In this document: in pieces, positions 38,501-48,321 of the stretch | How positions within the stretch are numbered: position 1 is the first letter of the stretch | Layout of the letters: the number at the start of each line of letters is the position of its first letter | Assembly (NCBI RefSeq): GCF_036588685.1 | Contig: NC_086385.1 | Coordinates: 12,214,001-12,278,000 of the forward strand | Length of the DNA stretch: 64,000 bases | Reading direction: 5' to 3' | Source: Mytilus trossulus | Lineage: Eukaryota | Position numbers and translations under genes: made by a program | Notes under the pieces: model-generated | Databases searched by the model: none | Told to the model about the DNA's origin: nothing | The model's input: only the letters and a program-made list of their open reading frames with translations

Positions 38501-41500
38501 AAATTAGATATTAAAAAAGCTTCAAAAGATAAGTATATAGCAGACGAAAAACACAGAGAAGGAAAAAAAAATGAAAGCATTGAAAAATATAAAAATAATG
38601 ATGAATTCAAAAATAAACTGAAACATGCAAGCATCCACAAATATGCTACTGACAATGAACATCAAAATAGAATTAAACAGGCAAGCATTCACAAGTATGC
38701 TACTGATGATGAATATCAAACTAAGGTGAAACAGGCAAGCATTCACAAGTATGCTACTGATGATGATTATCAAAATAAGGTGAAACAGGCAAGCATTCAC
38801 AAGTATGCTACTGATGATGAACACAGAAGAAATGTTAAATCTCAGATTTTGTCTAAAAGAATTCTTTCTAAAGAAGAAAGCAAAGACATAACAAAAGTTA
38901 TTAAAAAATTTAAGAAAGATGTATGTGAAGGACCTGAATATATTTGTGCTTGCTGTTTTAGACTTTGTTTTCAAAATCAAGTCATGGAATATAAGAAGGA
39001 TTTGTATCAAAAGGATTCTGTAAAAGATGTAGCAGACACTTGCATTTCTGATAAGTATTTGCATAAATGTTTAGACGAATGCGAAGATGAATGTAAGTAT
39101 CAAGGAACTAGTAGACAATCCCTTTGGATTTGTTACACATGTCACAGAAAGATCCAGAAAGGAAAAGTGCCTGCTGAATCTTTTTTTAACAACTTATTAT
39201 TAGATGATGTTCCTAATGAACTTAGCAAATTAAATCAACTAGAACAACATTTAATTTCTCTTAATATACCTTTCATGAAGATAATTGCTCTACCTAAAGG
39301 TGGCCAAAAGGCAGTTCATGGACCATGTGTTTGTGTACCGTCAGATATTTTTAAGGTAACTACTACTTTGCCTAGATCTGAAGATGACAATTGTTTAGTT
39401 AAAGTGAAGCTCAAAAGGAAATTACAGTATAAGGGTTATGAGGAATATCAATTTGTTGATACTAAACATTTAGAAGAAGCATTGCTATTTTTAAAAGAAA
39501 AAAATGAGTGGTATTCAAATATAGTAATCAATGAAAAGTGGTTGAACCCTATTCCTTTACAAAATAACGACTGTTGCCCTGAAGTAGAGAGCATGGACAC
39601 TTCAACAACAACAAATGAAACGCTAAATGATAATTTGCAAGATAGGTCAAATACAGAGGAACAAACAAATGAAGCGGATACATACTTAGATGATACTTTA
39701 CAGGGCGTTCAGTTGGACACATGTTTACAGCCTGCTGATATTGCACAGGAAGCTTTAGATGCATTGTTTGATAAGGAATTCAATCTATCACCTGCAGAGG
39801 AAAATAACCCTGTAAGTCTTTTGAGAACAAAGGGTATTGAAGCTCAAACGTTTCCAGTACATTATCCTACAGGTAAAAACACATTGAATGAAGAGAGAGA
39901 AGAAAAGTTATCTTTATTAAGATATTTCAATCTGAGATTAATGAGTGTAGAAAACCGATTTGCAAGAGATACTTCTTATATATTCTTTTGTCAATATATG
40001 TCTGAACTAGATAGAGTTATGTCAAATGTTCAAATTTCCTTAAGGAAAGGATCGGTGTTTTCAAATGGAAAGAAAGTAACAGGCAAAATGCTATGTGATA
40101 AAGACACATTACATGGGTTATTCCGAAAAGATGAGGCAATAAAGTTTATGAAACCTGTAAGAGGAACACCTCCTTATTGGCAAGCTGAACAAAAGAATAT
40201 TTTTGCTATGATTCGCCAGTTAGGTATTCCCACATTCTTTGCCTCGTTTTCTTCTGCAGACTTCAGATGGAAAGAAATCATAGAAACAATATTGAAGCAA
40301 CAAGGAGATATTCGTAAGTTTGACGAACTTACTTGGGATGAAAAGTGCAAAGTCCTTTGTAGTAATCCTGTTACACCTGCACGAATGTTTGATCGTAGAT
40401 TTAAAAGATTTCTAAAAGATGTTATAATGTCAGATGCTCAACCAATTGGTCATGTGATAGACTACTTTTATAGAGTTGAATTTCAACAGAGAGGTTCTCC
40501 ACACACGCACTGTTTGTTCTGGGTAGAAGATGCCCCAAAATTTAATGAAGATGAAGATGATATTGTAACTGAGTTTGTTGACAAATATATAACATGTAAA
40601 CTACCGCTGGAAACCGAGGACTCAGAGCTAAAAGACATTGTCACAACTGTACAACAACATAGCAAAACACATTCAAAAAGTTGTAGAAAAAAGGGAACTG
40701 TGTGTCGTTTTAATTTCCCAAGACCACCCTCTGAAAAAACATTTATATCACGCCCACCTAAGGATGATGAAGAAGAATGTAGTGTTGCTGATGACACTGA
40801 TGAAGATGTTGACGATGATGTTGTTGAAAAACCAAAATCGGGAATTAGTTCATTAGAAGCTAAAAAGATATTAGAATCTCTATGGGCTGTAATCAAAGAC
40901 TGTGAAAAGGAAAATTTAACTACTACGGAGTTATTCATAAGGGCAGGAGTATCTCAGGAAGATTTTCAAGAATGCTTTAGGTCAGTTACATATAGAAATA
41001 CTGTGGTGTTAAAAAGAAACAAAAATGAAATGTTTATCAATCAGTACAACCCGCATCTCCTGAAAGCATGGGATGCAAATATGGACATACAATACATATT
41101 AGATGCTTATTCTTGTGTTGTTTATATAATAAGTTACATCAGTAAATCAGAACGTGAACTTGGATTGTTGCTACAACAAACAAAAAATGAGGCCGCTGAT
41201 GGAAATTTGAATGCACAACATACAATGAAACAAGTAGGTACTGCATACTTTCACTTTCGAGAGCTGAGTGCCCAAGAAGCTGTTTTTAGAGTGATCGGCT
41301 TAAGTTTGAAAGAATGTTCAAGAAAAGTTGAATTCATTCCAGTTGGAGAAAATCCATGTAAAATGAGTATTCCTCTAAAAGAACTTTTAATCAAATCTAA
41401 AAGCGCAAATACAAAAAAACCTTCAAAGGAAATCGATGATGATGATGACATTGATGACGGTGATGATATCGAACTTTGGATGAAAAGCATTACTGATAGA

Positions 41501-44266
41501 TATAAAAGTCGACCAGAACTTGAATTATTTAATCAGATGTGTTTAGCTTCATTTTGCTCCGAGTTTTCAGTTTTAGCAGAAACACAGATTCCAAATAAAA
41601 TAAATGAAGATACCACATTCAAACTTAAAAATGATATGGGATACATCAGAAAGCGGACAAGAACCCAGCCTGCTATTATCAAATATGCACGATTTTCCAT
41701 TGAAACATCGCCTGAACAGTACTACCAAAGTATTTTACAGTTATATTTACCTTACAGATTAGAGGAACAGTTGAAACCGCCACAATTTTTGACATATGAA
41801 TTGTTTTACAAATCAGGAATGGTCAGGTATAATCAGAAAGAGGTTCTTGTTAAAGTCGAACAAATAGTTAATACTAACATGTCCAACTTTGTGAAAAGTG
41901 GCAAAGAGCTAGAAGCTGCAGAACAAAAATTGGAAGAAAATGATTACCAAGAAGATGCGTGGGCAGACCTATGTCCAGAAACAGAGAGTGAAAGAAGTGA
42001 ATGCACTGAAGCAGCCAAATCTTCAACTGTCATAGAAGTCGACAGTCCTGAATTTGGAATACCAGATTTAAATAAAAGTAACAAGCCAGAAATAGTTAGT
42101 GGAAATGGGATTAAAACTTGTTTACTAAGGTCGGAAGTTATACCCTTGTTGAGAGGTTTAAACATGAAACAAAGGCGTATTTTCTATAAGGTAAGAGAAT
42201 GGTGCAACCTAAAAGCCAATGGTAAAAATCCCCCTCCCTTTCACGTCTTTGTAACAGGCGGAGCTGGAACAGGAAAAAGCCATCTGATTAAATGCTTACA
42301 TTATGAAACCACAAGAATTCTTGCTCGTTGCTCTCCTAGTCCAGACGATTTGACAGTTTTATTGACTGCACCAACTGGCACTGCAGCCTTCAATATAAAT
42401 GGATTGACGATTCACCATGCTCTTTCTATTTTCAAAACTCTTACTGTTGACAAAGCGATGCTTGGTGAAGATAAGCTGAACACTTTAAGGTCAAAATTAG
42501 AAAATTTACAAATTTTAATCATAGACGAAGTCTCAATGGTCAACAAGAGGTTGTTATTCTTCATTCATGAACGGTTGCGTCAGATCAAGAAAAGACCTGA
42601 AAAAGATCCTTTTGGTGGGGTTTCAGTGATAGCTGTTGGAGATTTTTTTCAGTTACCACCAGTAAAATGCCGAAAAACTGATAAACTTTATGTAGATGAT
42701 CCATCGAATCCTTTGAACTATCTGTGGAACGATTTCTTCACTATTGTAGAATTAGATGAAGTCATGAGACAACGTGAAGATGGTTTGTTTGCTCAGTTAT
42801 TGAATAGACTTAGGATAAAAGACAAATATTCTCCTTTAGAATCCTCAGATTTAAAAATGTTAAAGCAGTGTATAGGTAGTGGGACAGATGAAGCTTTACA
42901 CATTTATGCTACTAATAATGAGATTAATATTCACAATACTGAAATGGTTATTAAACTGTCCAGTGAACCTAAGTTAATTGAAGCACAAGATTTTGAAAAA
43001 AATAAAGCTACAGGAAAACTAAGAAAGAAAACAGCAAATTTTTCACAAACTGATATTTGTCTCCCAACTTCAATTCTATTAGCTGAAGGAGCCCGCGTAA
43101 TGCTGAAAAAGAATGAAGCCGTCAATGATGGCTTGGTAAATGGGGTAATGGGCACTATTGTCAGCATTGCAGAATTTTTAGAAGGGTCTTTGCCGAATGT
43201 TATTTTTATCAATTTTGACAATGAGAGAGTAGGAAAAAACGCTAAGATTCAAAAAACAATAAATGGGAAAAGATGCGTTGGATTGGAACCATCTACAGAG
43301 GACATACCATTCAAAAATGGAACGAGAAAACAGTTTCCTTTGCAGTTAGCATGGGCATGTACTGTTCATAAAGTTCAGGGTTTGACAGTTTCACAAGCAG
43401 TTGTGGATTTGAATAAATGCTTCACTTATGGCCAGGCATATGTTGCATTGAGTAGAGTTACTACAAAAGAAGGGCTTCATATATTACCAATTGATGACAA
43501 AACACTTGGTAAAAAAATATACTGTGATCCTGATATCATAACAGGCATAAAAACAATGAAACATTATCTGACTGAAAATGTAGAAGCATCATCTGAAGAA
43601 ACACTTGTAACTATTGTTTATCACAATATCCAAGGACTAAGAGCTCATAAAAATGATTTAGTGGCTAATTCAGACTGTACAGATGCAGATTATGTCTGTC
43701 TGACTGAAACATGGCTTGAATCTTCCTCTGATCATGTTTATCTTCCTAACTATGATTTTTATCACCAACCAAGATCTGCAGCCTACACACCGACTAATTC
43801 TGTGTTTATGAATTTGCAAGCTATGGGCCACGGAGGAGTAGGAGTATATGTAAAAACAGATTCTGAATATGAAAATTGTAACATTACCGTGGAAAATCTA
43901 GAATGTATGACTTTCAGAATTCCCACCATGAATGTCCTTGTGGCAACAATATATAGAACTCAGAAGTATCAAATTGGAATATTTCTTAAAACATTTATTT
44001 CGTTTGTAAGCAAATTGACTGAACTTTCAAACAATATCATTGTTTTAGGTGACTTTAATCAAGACATATTAAAGGGAGAAAGATCCATACTGGACTATAT
44101 GACTTCAAAAGGATTTCAACAGCTAGTGGAAGAGGCCACAACAGAAGGTGGTACATTGATTGATCATGTCTATGTCAAAGGTTGCTCAAAAGTAGAAGTT
44201 AAAGGCATTCCAACTTACTACAGTTATCACGATGCTGTTTCCATAATGCTTAAAGATAGCCGATAA
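35513..44266 (+). CDS. Helentron RepHel polyprotein (2917 aa): tandem repeat - VTD/peptidase C76-like DUB - OTU DUB - Zn finger/DUF6570-like - HUH Rep - PIF1 helicase - APE endonuclease
   Basis: QGSFHQG...AGKQCVSN...FDSHAR (VTD, ~36650-37230); ADGNCLFRAIS...WG...HY (OTU, ~37745-38140); YICACC...WICYTCH; VEFQQRGSPHTHCLFW and YIISYISK (Helentron-type Rep); GGAGTGKS, IIDEVSMV, GDFFQLPPV, MRQ, FPLQLAWACTVHKVQGLT, GQAYVALSRV (PIF1); HNIQGL, LTETWL, GDFN, IDHVY, SYHD (APE). GTCATGG Kozak context. Confidence 0.95.
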   Translation: MARKSKKSKASKAKEQKLRMRERRLAEEALQQSTDIDNFEGESTDNGYPEGENTVNEFAVNKIEINDTVLTVNSVVNKRNHTDNELTVNSVVNHTERNHTDNKLTVNSVVNKRNHTDNELTVNSVVNIRNHTDNELTVNSVVNKRNHTVNELTVNSVVNKRNHSDNELTVNSVVNKRNHTVNELTVNSVVNKRNHTDNELTVNSVVNNTERNHTDNELTVNSVVNNTERNHTDNELTVNSVVKRNLTDNELTVNSDCNDTVTDLTGHTVANTTEQYQTVNELTTPSVDCNIHLVKTNLNNSELSKLKRYSDSIHNQLENKQACLGRNNKNDIDNKADKSVDSNLWKGEQKTGMHVNIRFENPVVLYDLSRSQVTLEQNNRVIQGSFHQGNTRFGENAGKQCVSNCLSAIVHSKLKPVFAWNKFYLDNILIEGNDIYTSVHGTNNYLCVEDLPEFVDLRNRIIHCRKKRSICAFVHDVDPDFDGVLPLDQALQYALIDSDGCFVTVRATTSLVIKQNNKIYMFDSHARNRFGLVDNYGSSIVFELPDIQAVYQHFCNFVQDDQSVPFDVTGITVAMQDTVDSNVDMTLQDNVQHIEIQDSVPILGYLDTKHSIEENETNEETIDNIKGGLLKKTKSRVSDFSNDIKSDRLMNISHNVSDDIESDRLMDISDDMESVDFSKVGSPCTFIKENEVSDIEMMSDCRSNFAFKPLDLCSKRKLCTIFNISSKEVNKNTCSTESCNIGIPLETKPIIADGNCLFRAISYAVSQRQKFHTKVRQDIIKHSLSISCQLTSLLENQYDSVEEHISGRKMRENNSWGTALEIIAAADLLKTDIYTFYNGVWIKYSSSQIFTNSEINERAIYLQHNGDLQHYEVVLSVLPEMDIPLESNRVAMKRKCEQNDLFVSKKHKKLDQRASSLNDENNSSVKSSQKEIHSGKDVTEQQNVSKCEKQKLKYHTDSQLRYNKLSALKKKYSNDKSYKAQKIRQGKEKYQNDYTYKLDIKKASKDKYIADEKHREGKKNESIEKYKNNDEFKNKLKHASIHKYATDNEHQNRIKQASIHKYATDDEYQTKVKQASIHKYATDDDYQNKVKQASIHKYATDDEHRRNVKSQILSKRILSKEESKDITKVIKKFKKDVCEGPEYICACCFRLCFQNQVMEYKKDLYQKDSVKDVADTCISDKYLHKCLDECEDECKYQGTSRQSLWICYTCHRKIQKGKVPAESFFNNLLLDDVPNELSKLNQLEQHLISLNIPFMKIIALPKGGQKAVHGPCVCVPSDIFKVTTTLPRSEDDNCLVKVKLKRKLQYKGYEEYQFVDTKHLEEALLFLKEKNEWYSNIVINEKWLNPIPLQNNDCCPEVESMDTSTTTNETLNDNLQDRSNTEEQTNEADTYLDDTLQGVQLDTCLQPADIAQEALDALFDKEFNLSPAEENNPVSLLRTKGIEAQTFPVHYPTGKNTLNEEREEKLSLLRYFNLRLMSVENRFARDTSYIFFCQYMSELDRVMSNVQISLRKGSVFSNGKKVTGKMLCDKDTLHGLFRKDEAIKFMKPVRGTPPYWQAEQKNIFAMIRQLGIPTFFASFSSADFRWKEIIETILKQQGDIRKFDELTWDEKCKVLCSNPVTPARMFDRRFKRFLKDVIMSDAQPIGHVIDYFYRVEFQQRGSPHTHCLFWVEDAPKFNEDEDDIVTEFVDKYITCKLPLETEDSELKDIVTTVQQHSKTHSKSCRKKGTVCRFNFPRPPSEKTFISRPPKDDEEECSVADDTDEDVDDDVVEKPKSGISSLEAKKILESLWAVIKDCEKENLTTTELFIRAGVSQEDFQECFRSVTYRNTVVLKRNKNEMFINQYNPHLLKAWDANMDIQYILDAYSCVVYIISYISKSERELGLLLQQTKNEAADGNLNAQHTMKQVGTAYFHFRELSAQEAVFRVIGLSLKECSRKVEFIPVGENPCKMSIPLKELLIKSKSANTKKPSKEIDDDDDIDDGDDIELWMKSITDRYKSRPELELFNQMCLASFCSEFSVLAETQIPNKINEDTTFKLKNDMGYIRKRTRTQPAIIKYARFSIETSPEQYYQSILQLYLPYRLEEQLKPPQFLTYELFYKSGMVRYNQKEVLVKVEQIVNTNMSNFVKSGKELEAAEQKLEENDYQEDAWADLCPETESERSECTEAAKSSTVIEVDSPEFGIPDLNKSNKPEIVSGNGIKTCLLRSEVIPLLRGLNMKQRRIFYKVREWCNLKANGKNPPPFHVFVTGGAGTGKSHLIKCLHYETTRILARCSPSPDDLTVLLTAPTGTAAFNINGLTIHHALSIFKTLTVDKAMLGEDKLNTLRSKLENLQILIIDEVSMVNKRLLFFIHERLRQIKKRPEKDPFGGVSVIAVGDFFQLPPVKCRKTDKLYVDDPSNPLNYLWNDFFTIVELDEVMRQREDGLFAQLLNRLRIKDKYSPLESSDLKMLKQCIGSGTDEALHIYATNNEINIHNTEMVIKLSSEPKLIEAQDFEKNKATGKLRKKTANFSQTDICLPTSILLAEGARVMLKKNEAVNDGLVNGVMGTIVSIAEFLEGSLPNVIFINFDNERVGKNAKIQKTINGKRCVGLEPSTEDIPFKNGTRKQFPLQLAWACTVHKVQGLTVSQAVVDLNKCFTYGQAYVALSRVTTKEGLHILPIDDKTLGKKIYCDPDIITGIKTMKHYLTENVEASSEETLVTIVYHNIQGLRAHKNDLVANSDCTDADYVCLTETWLESSSDHVYLPNYDFYHQPRSAAYTPTNSVFMNLQAMGHGGVGVYVKTDSEYENCNITVENLECMTFRIPTMNVLVATIYRTQKYQIGIFLKTFISFVSKLTELSNNIIVLGDFNQDILKGERSILDYMTSKGFQQLVEEATTEGGTLIDHVYVKGCSKVEVKGIPTYYSYHDAVSIMLKDSR
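35719..36280 (+). repeat. Coding tandem repeat, 48/54-bp units (RNHTDNELTVNSVVNK x ~11)
   Basis: Visible in DNA and protein; all length variants are multiples of 3. Confidence 0.95.
38621..38836 (+). repeat. Coding 54-bp tandem repeat (KQASIHKYATDDEYQNKV x4)
   Basis: Four near-identical 18-aa units, with degenerate units upstream (~38400-38620). Confidence 0.9.
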
Positions 44267-44658
44267 GTATTAGATATATATACTGTATATGAATATAATT
44301 GGTACCTGTAAATGACACTGCGAGTTAAGCAAGCAACAACAACGAAACGCACCATACGCAGATGAAGGGCCGGGTGGGATAGGAGGGGTCCCGATCCCGA
44401 AATCCTGGACTCAAAAACGCAAAATCCCAAGGTCCCAAATTTTAATAAATTTAAATCCCGACAACCCGAAATTGGAAAAAAACAACATTTCCCGGATCCT
44501 GAAATTGTCGATCCCGAAATCCTAAGCTTAAAAACACCCTATCCAGAAGTCACGATAAAGGTCCTATCCCCCTCGCACATGTTGCCAGAATGTTATTACA
44601 AAAACTACATAAAAGGGAAACGACCATTTAAGTTTCAGTGCTGGGTGTGTGTGTGTGT

Positions 44659-44694
<36 letters not shown>

Positions 44695-46892
44695 GGAGAC
44701 TTTTCTGTTTAAACTATTCAGATTCCAAAGATTGGTGAAATAATATCCTTCCCCCTCCCTGTACCCTTACCCCTCCCCCACCAAGTAAAATTTATACATA
44801 ATGTCACATATCAAAAAGCCATTTTAACCGAAAAGTGCAAAATAAACTGACAACTCCATGGCAAATAAGAAAAAAGATAAAATGGCAAACAAAAGTACAC
44901 AAAACACAACAGGGGGAAAAAGCTGATCAACACGAACTCCACCTAAAACGATCTCAATTAATTTGTTTTCTATTTCAGATCAAACCAAAAGACTTCAGTG
45001 GTGTGCAAGATTACTTGAATGTTTGACTAATCAAACTATTGTTTAAATATGTCATATTTGGATGATTTTAATATTAATACAGAAAGAAGTCTTCATTTAT
45101 TCCACTTAGTGGTGTGACATTTTTTTTAAAACCATATTTATATATTTATTGTTACATTGTTTTAATTTGTAAATAATATTTCATATATAATGTCTCATAA
45201 GCCAGATGTTTTGCTTGATATTGATTGTTTATTACGTATGAATATTGTGTATGAATTCTTTTTTTTTTTATTGCAAACAATTCGTGTCACTTCAATAAAT
45301 ATATTTACTGTCTATGTCCAATTATTTAGTCACAATCATTTTCGTTCAACATAAGGATTACCTCCAGTAAGATATCATTGTAGTTGATAACAATAAACTA
45401 TTGTTGGTAGATATTTTTAAGTATGAAATAGTAGAGTAACAGGTTTGCGGTTTTCAAGAAATCACTTCTGGTTACATATATCAATGTATTTAAAACACCA
45501 TAAGTCCTATACTAGTGAAATCTGCAGACTATGGTATATGGCTGGTTGATAACATCGTCCACGTTACCAAGAGAAAAAACGGCATAGGCGGCTCACCATA
45601 AATTTCGTTTTTCATTTGTGGAATCAAGGATACAAATAAAATCATAATAGTTATCAAAGGCAACAGGCTTATAATTTGGTGCCCCAGACGCTCGTGTCTT
45701 TTGTCTTTTTAAGACTGATTAGTGACGCTCGGATCACAATAGTTAGAAAGTCAAACAAGTATGAAGTTGAAGAGGACCAAGGACCCAAAAATCCCCAAAA
45801 AGTACCAAATACGGCTAAGATCATCTATTCCTGGGATAAGAACATCCTTAGTATTTGGAATTATTAACAAATTTGCAAACAGAGTACTGTTGATTAGTCT
45901 CTGCGTGGTTTTGATTAATAATCAGTATGTTGATAATGAAGAAGGCAAACTCGGTGCGGTAAATGTCTTACTGATTTTGGTATTGGAGTTAAAACAACAC
46001 AAACTTCAATATCAACATTTTAAAAAGGATATCAAATTTTATAAAAAGAATGCAGTACCATACCATGATAATTACCGCAAATCGTCCTTCTGCAGTGTAT
46101 CTCCCGTAACTAATTATTTTGTGCAGTATAAGATTATCATGTTTCACCCGTTCGCTCAACCTGTGTTGGAAATGACGATGCCTACATTTCTGTCACATGG
46201 TGATGGAAGTCACATGATATAATCAAATATAACTACTGTATCCTGGAACTGTTGTAATAGGTTCTACTATATGTTTAGACGTTTCGGGATTCTCTGGTTT
46301 TGTCGGAATGATACACACATTCATTAATTTCTTTGCAAAATGTATATAAAAAAAAGAAGATTTGGCATGATTGTCAATGACATAATACAGAAATAAACAA
46401 CTAAAGGTCATAAATAAAATTGAGAATGGAAATGGGGAATGTGCAAAAGAGACAACACCACGACCATAGAGCAGGCAACATGTTTACTTTTTTCTAATTA
46501 TAAGGATTGTAAATAATGGTACCCTATAGAAATTGCAATGAGAATAGTTGTGCAATTGTAATCAATATAATCCAGCAGAAGTCTAAATGGGATCATGCTT
46601 GATTTCATCCACTAAAAGTTTGTGAGAGGAAAATCACTTTGATTTTTATCAATATGGGATCATGCTTGATTTCCTCCAATAAAAGTTTGAAAAATCACTT
46701 TAATTTCATCAAATGTATCTCGAGATTTTGACGAAAACGATAAAGGCCAAAATGATGTATTAAATTGAATTATCTCTTGATTTTTTCCGGTCAAATTCTA
46801 CTTCCTGAGATATCCCTTAAGAAGTAGTAAGGTCAAAGGTCAATGTCAACCAAGAAATGCATTCAAATGCACATAAAACTTTTTAAATGAGT

Positions 46893-47780
46893 ATCTAAAA
46901 TATGACCTTTGACCTTTGACCTTGTGACCTTCGTCAAGGTTATTGCTTCACAATGTCATTGCACAAGACATTAGTGGTGTAGGACCTGTTGTTTAAGAGT
47001 TTTGCCCAATAATGTCTTTTTGTAAACCATCAATGGGGATTATGTCCCTTACACAATGGTAAAACCTATACAGTCATATAGTAACAAAGTTGCCTTTTTA
47101 TTTACCAAGCATTTTTCACTCCTTAAATTTTCTGTATCTATAATCATTCAAGAATTATGGGGAAATCAAAGACATGTGGAAATCTAAAATATGACCTTGA
47201 CCTTTGACCTTGCAACCTATGTCAAGGTCATTACTCCACAATGTCATTGCACAAGACCTTATGGCTGTAGGACCTTTTGTTTAAGAGTTTTGCCTAATAA
47301 CGTATTTTTGTAAACCACCAATGGGGATTATATCCCTTACACAATGGTTAAACCAATACAGTCATATTGTAACAAAGTTGCCCCTTGAAGTACCAAGCAT
47401 TTTTCACTACTTAACTTTTCTGTATCTATAATCATTCAATAATTATAGGGAAATCAAAGACATATGGAAATCTAAAATATGACCTTGACCTTTGACCTTG
47501 TGACCTTCGTCAAGGTCATTGCTCCACAATGTCATTGCAAAAGACCCTATGGGTCAAGGACCTTTAGTTTAAGAGTTTTGCCTAAAAATGACTTTTTAAA
47601 AACCATCAGTGGGAGTTATGTCCCTTACATGATGGTAAAATCAATATAGTCATTATGTAAAAAAGTTGCCCCTTGAAGTACCAAGCATTTTTCACTGCTT
47701 AAATTTCCTGTATCTTTAACCGTTCAGGAATTATAGGGAAATTAAAAACTTTTAAAAATCTAAAATATGACCTTGACCTT
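46893..47780. repeat. ~288-bp tandem repeat (3 units plus a partial) in the Helentron subterminal region
   Basis: Units start with ATCTAAAATATGACCTT(T)GACCTTTGACCTTG at ~46893, 47183, 47470, 47758; the outer HINE has one unit. Confidence 0.9.
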
Positions 47781-48262
47781 TGACCTTGACCTATATTTTC
47801 AAGTTTTGGTCCAATGAACTCAAATCTGAAGACCCGCAGTCTTTACGACTTACGGTTCATGAGATTTATATGCATATCGAAAATTTAAAAATTCAAGGGG
47901 AAATAACTCCTATAATAGGTCACTGGATCGCTTCGGCTAAAGTAATTTGAAGTTGTAACTTTTGGCAAGGAACATTTAAAAAAAAACCATTTGCCGCTAA
48001 GTCTTATAGTTTATGAGATATAGCGATAACAGTGTTTTTTGTAATTGGGGAGATAACTCCTATAAAGTAAATAGTACACTTCGGTGCCCCTTATACAAGA
48101 TAGCTTTTATTAACCCGATACTAGATACCAAAGATCATTTTGATATCTTGCGTACTTTTATCACCGATTAACTTTGAAAAACGGCAGAAGAAAAAGAATA
48201 ATAATAATAATAAACAAACGAAATACAGTAAGGTCTTTCCATTTAAGAAAGGAAAGACCTTA

Positions 48263-48321
48263 ATAATAATAAACAAACGAAATACAGTAAGGTCTTTCCA
48301 TTTAAGAAAGGAAAGACCTTA
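48263..48321 (-). mobile_element. Displaced terminal segment of the outer HINE
   Basis: (AAT)n-AAACAAACGAAATACAG-TAAGGTCTTTCC-N10-GGAAAGACCTTA, exactly the piece missing after 24727. Confidence 0.85.

Larger units (their letters stand above)
24728..48262. mobile_element. Autonomous Helentron (Helitron2/HLE2), ~23.5 kb
   Basis: Same termini as the outer HINE: ATTAAAGTTCAATTC...AGGTCTTTCC at left and 12-bp-stem hairpin TAAGGTCTTTCC-N10-GGAAAGACCTTA (48229-48262) at right; inserted between TT (minus strand) without TSD; contains the RepHel ORF. Confidence 0.85.

Noticed and set aside
44660-44693. Long poly-G run as a functional G-quadruplex
   Set aside because: It lies within a MITE remnant related to 52744-53013, and homopolymer length is unreliable.
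45761-46411. 153-aa plus-strand ORF and an EGF-like-looking minus-strand fragment (EINEC.., PSPCDRN) as captured host exons
   Set aside because: The ORF begins in a common repeat and has no recognisable motif; the minus-strand fragment is too broken to support by eye.
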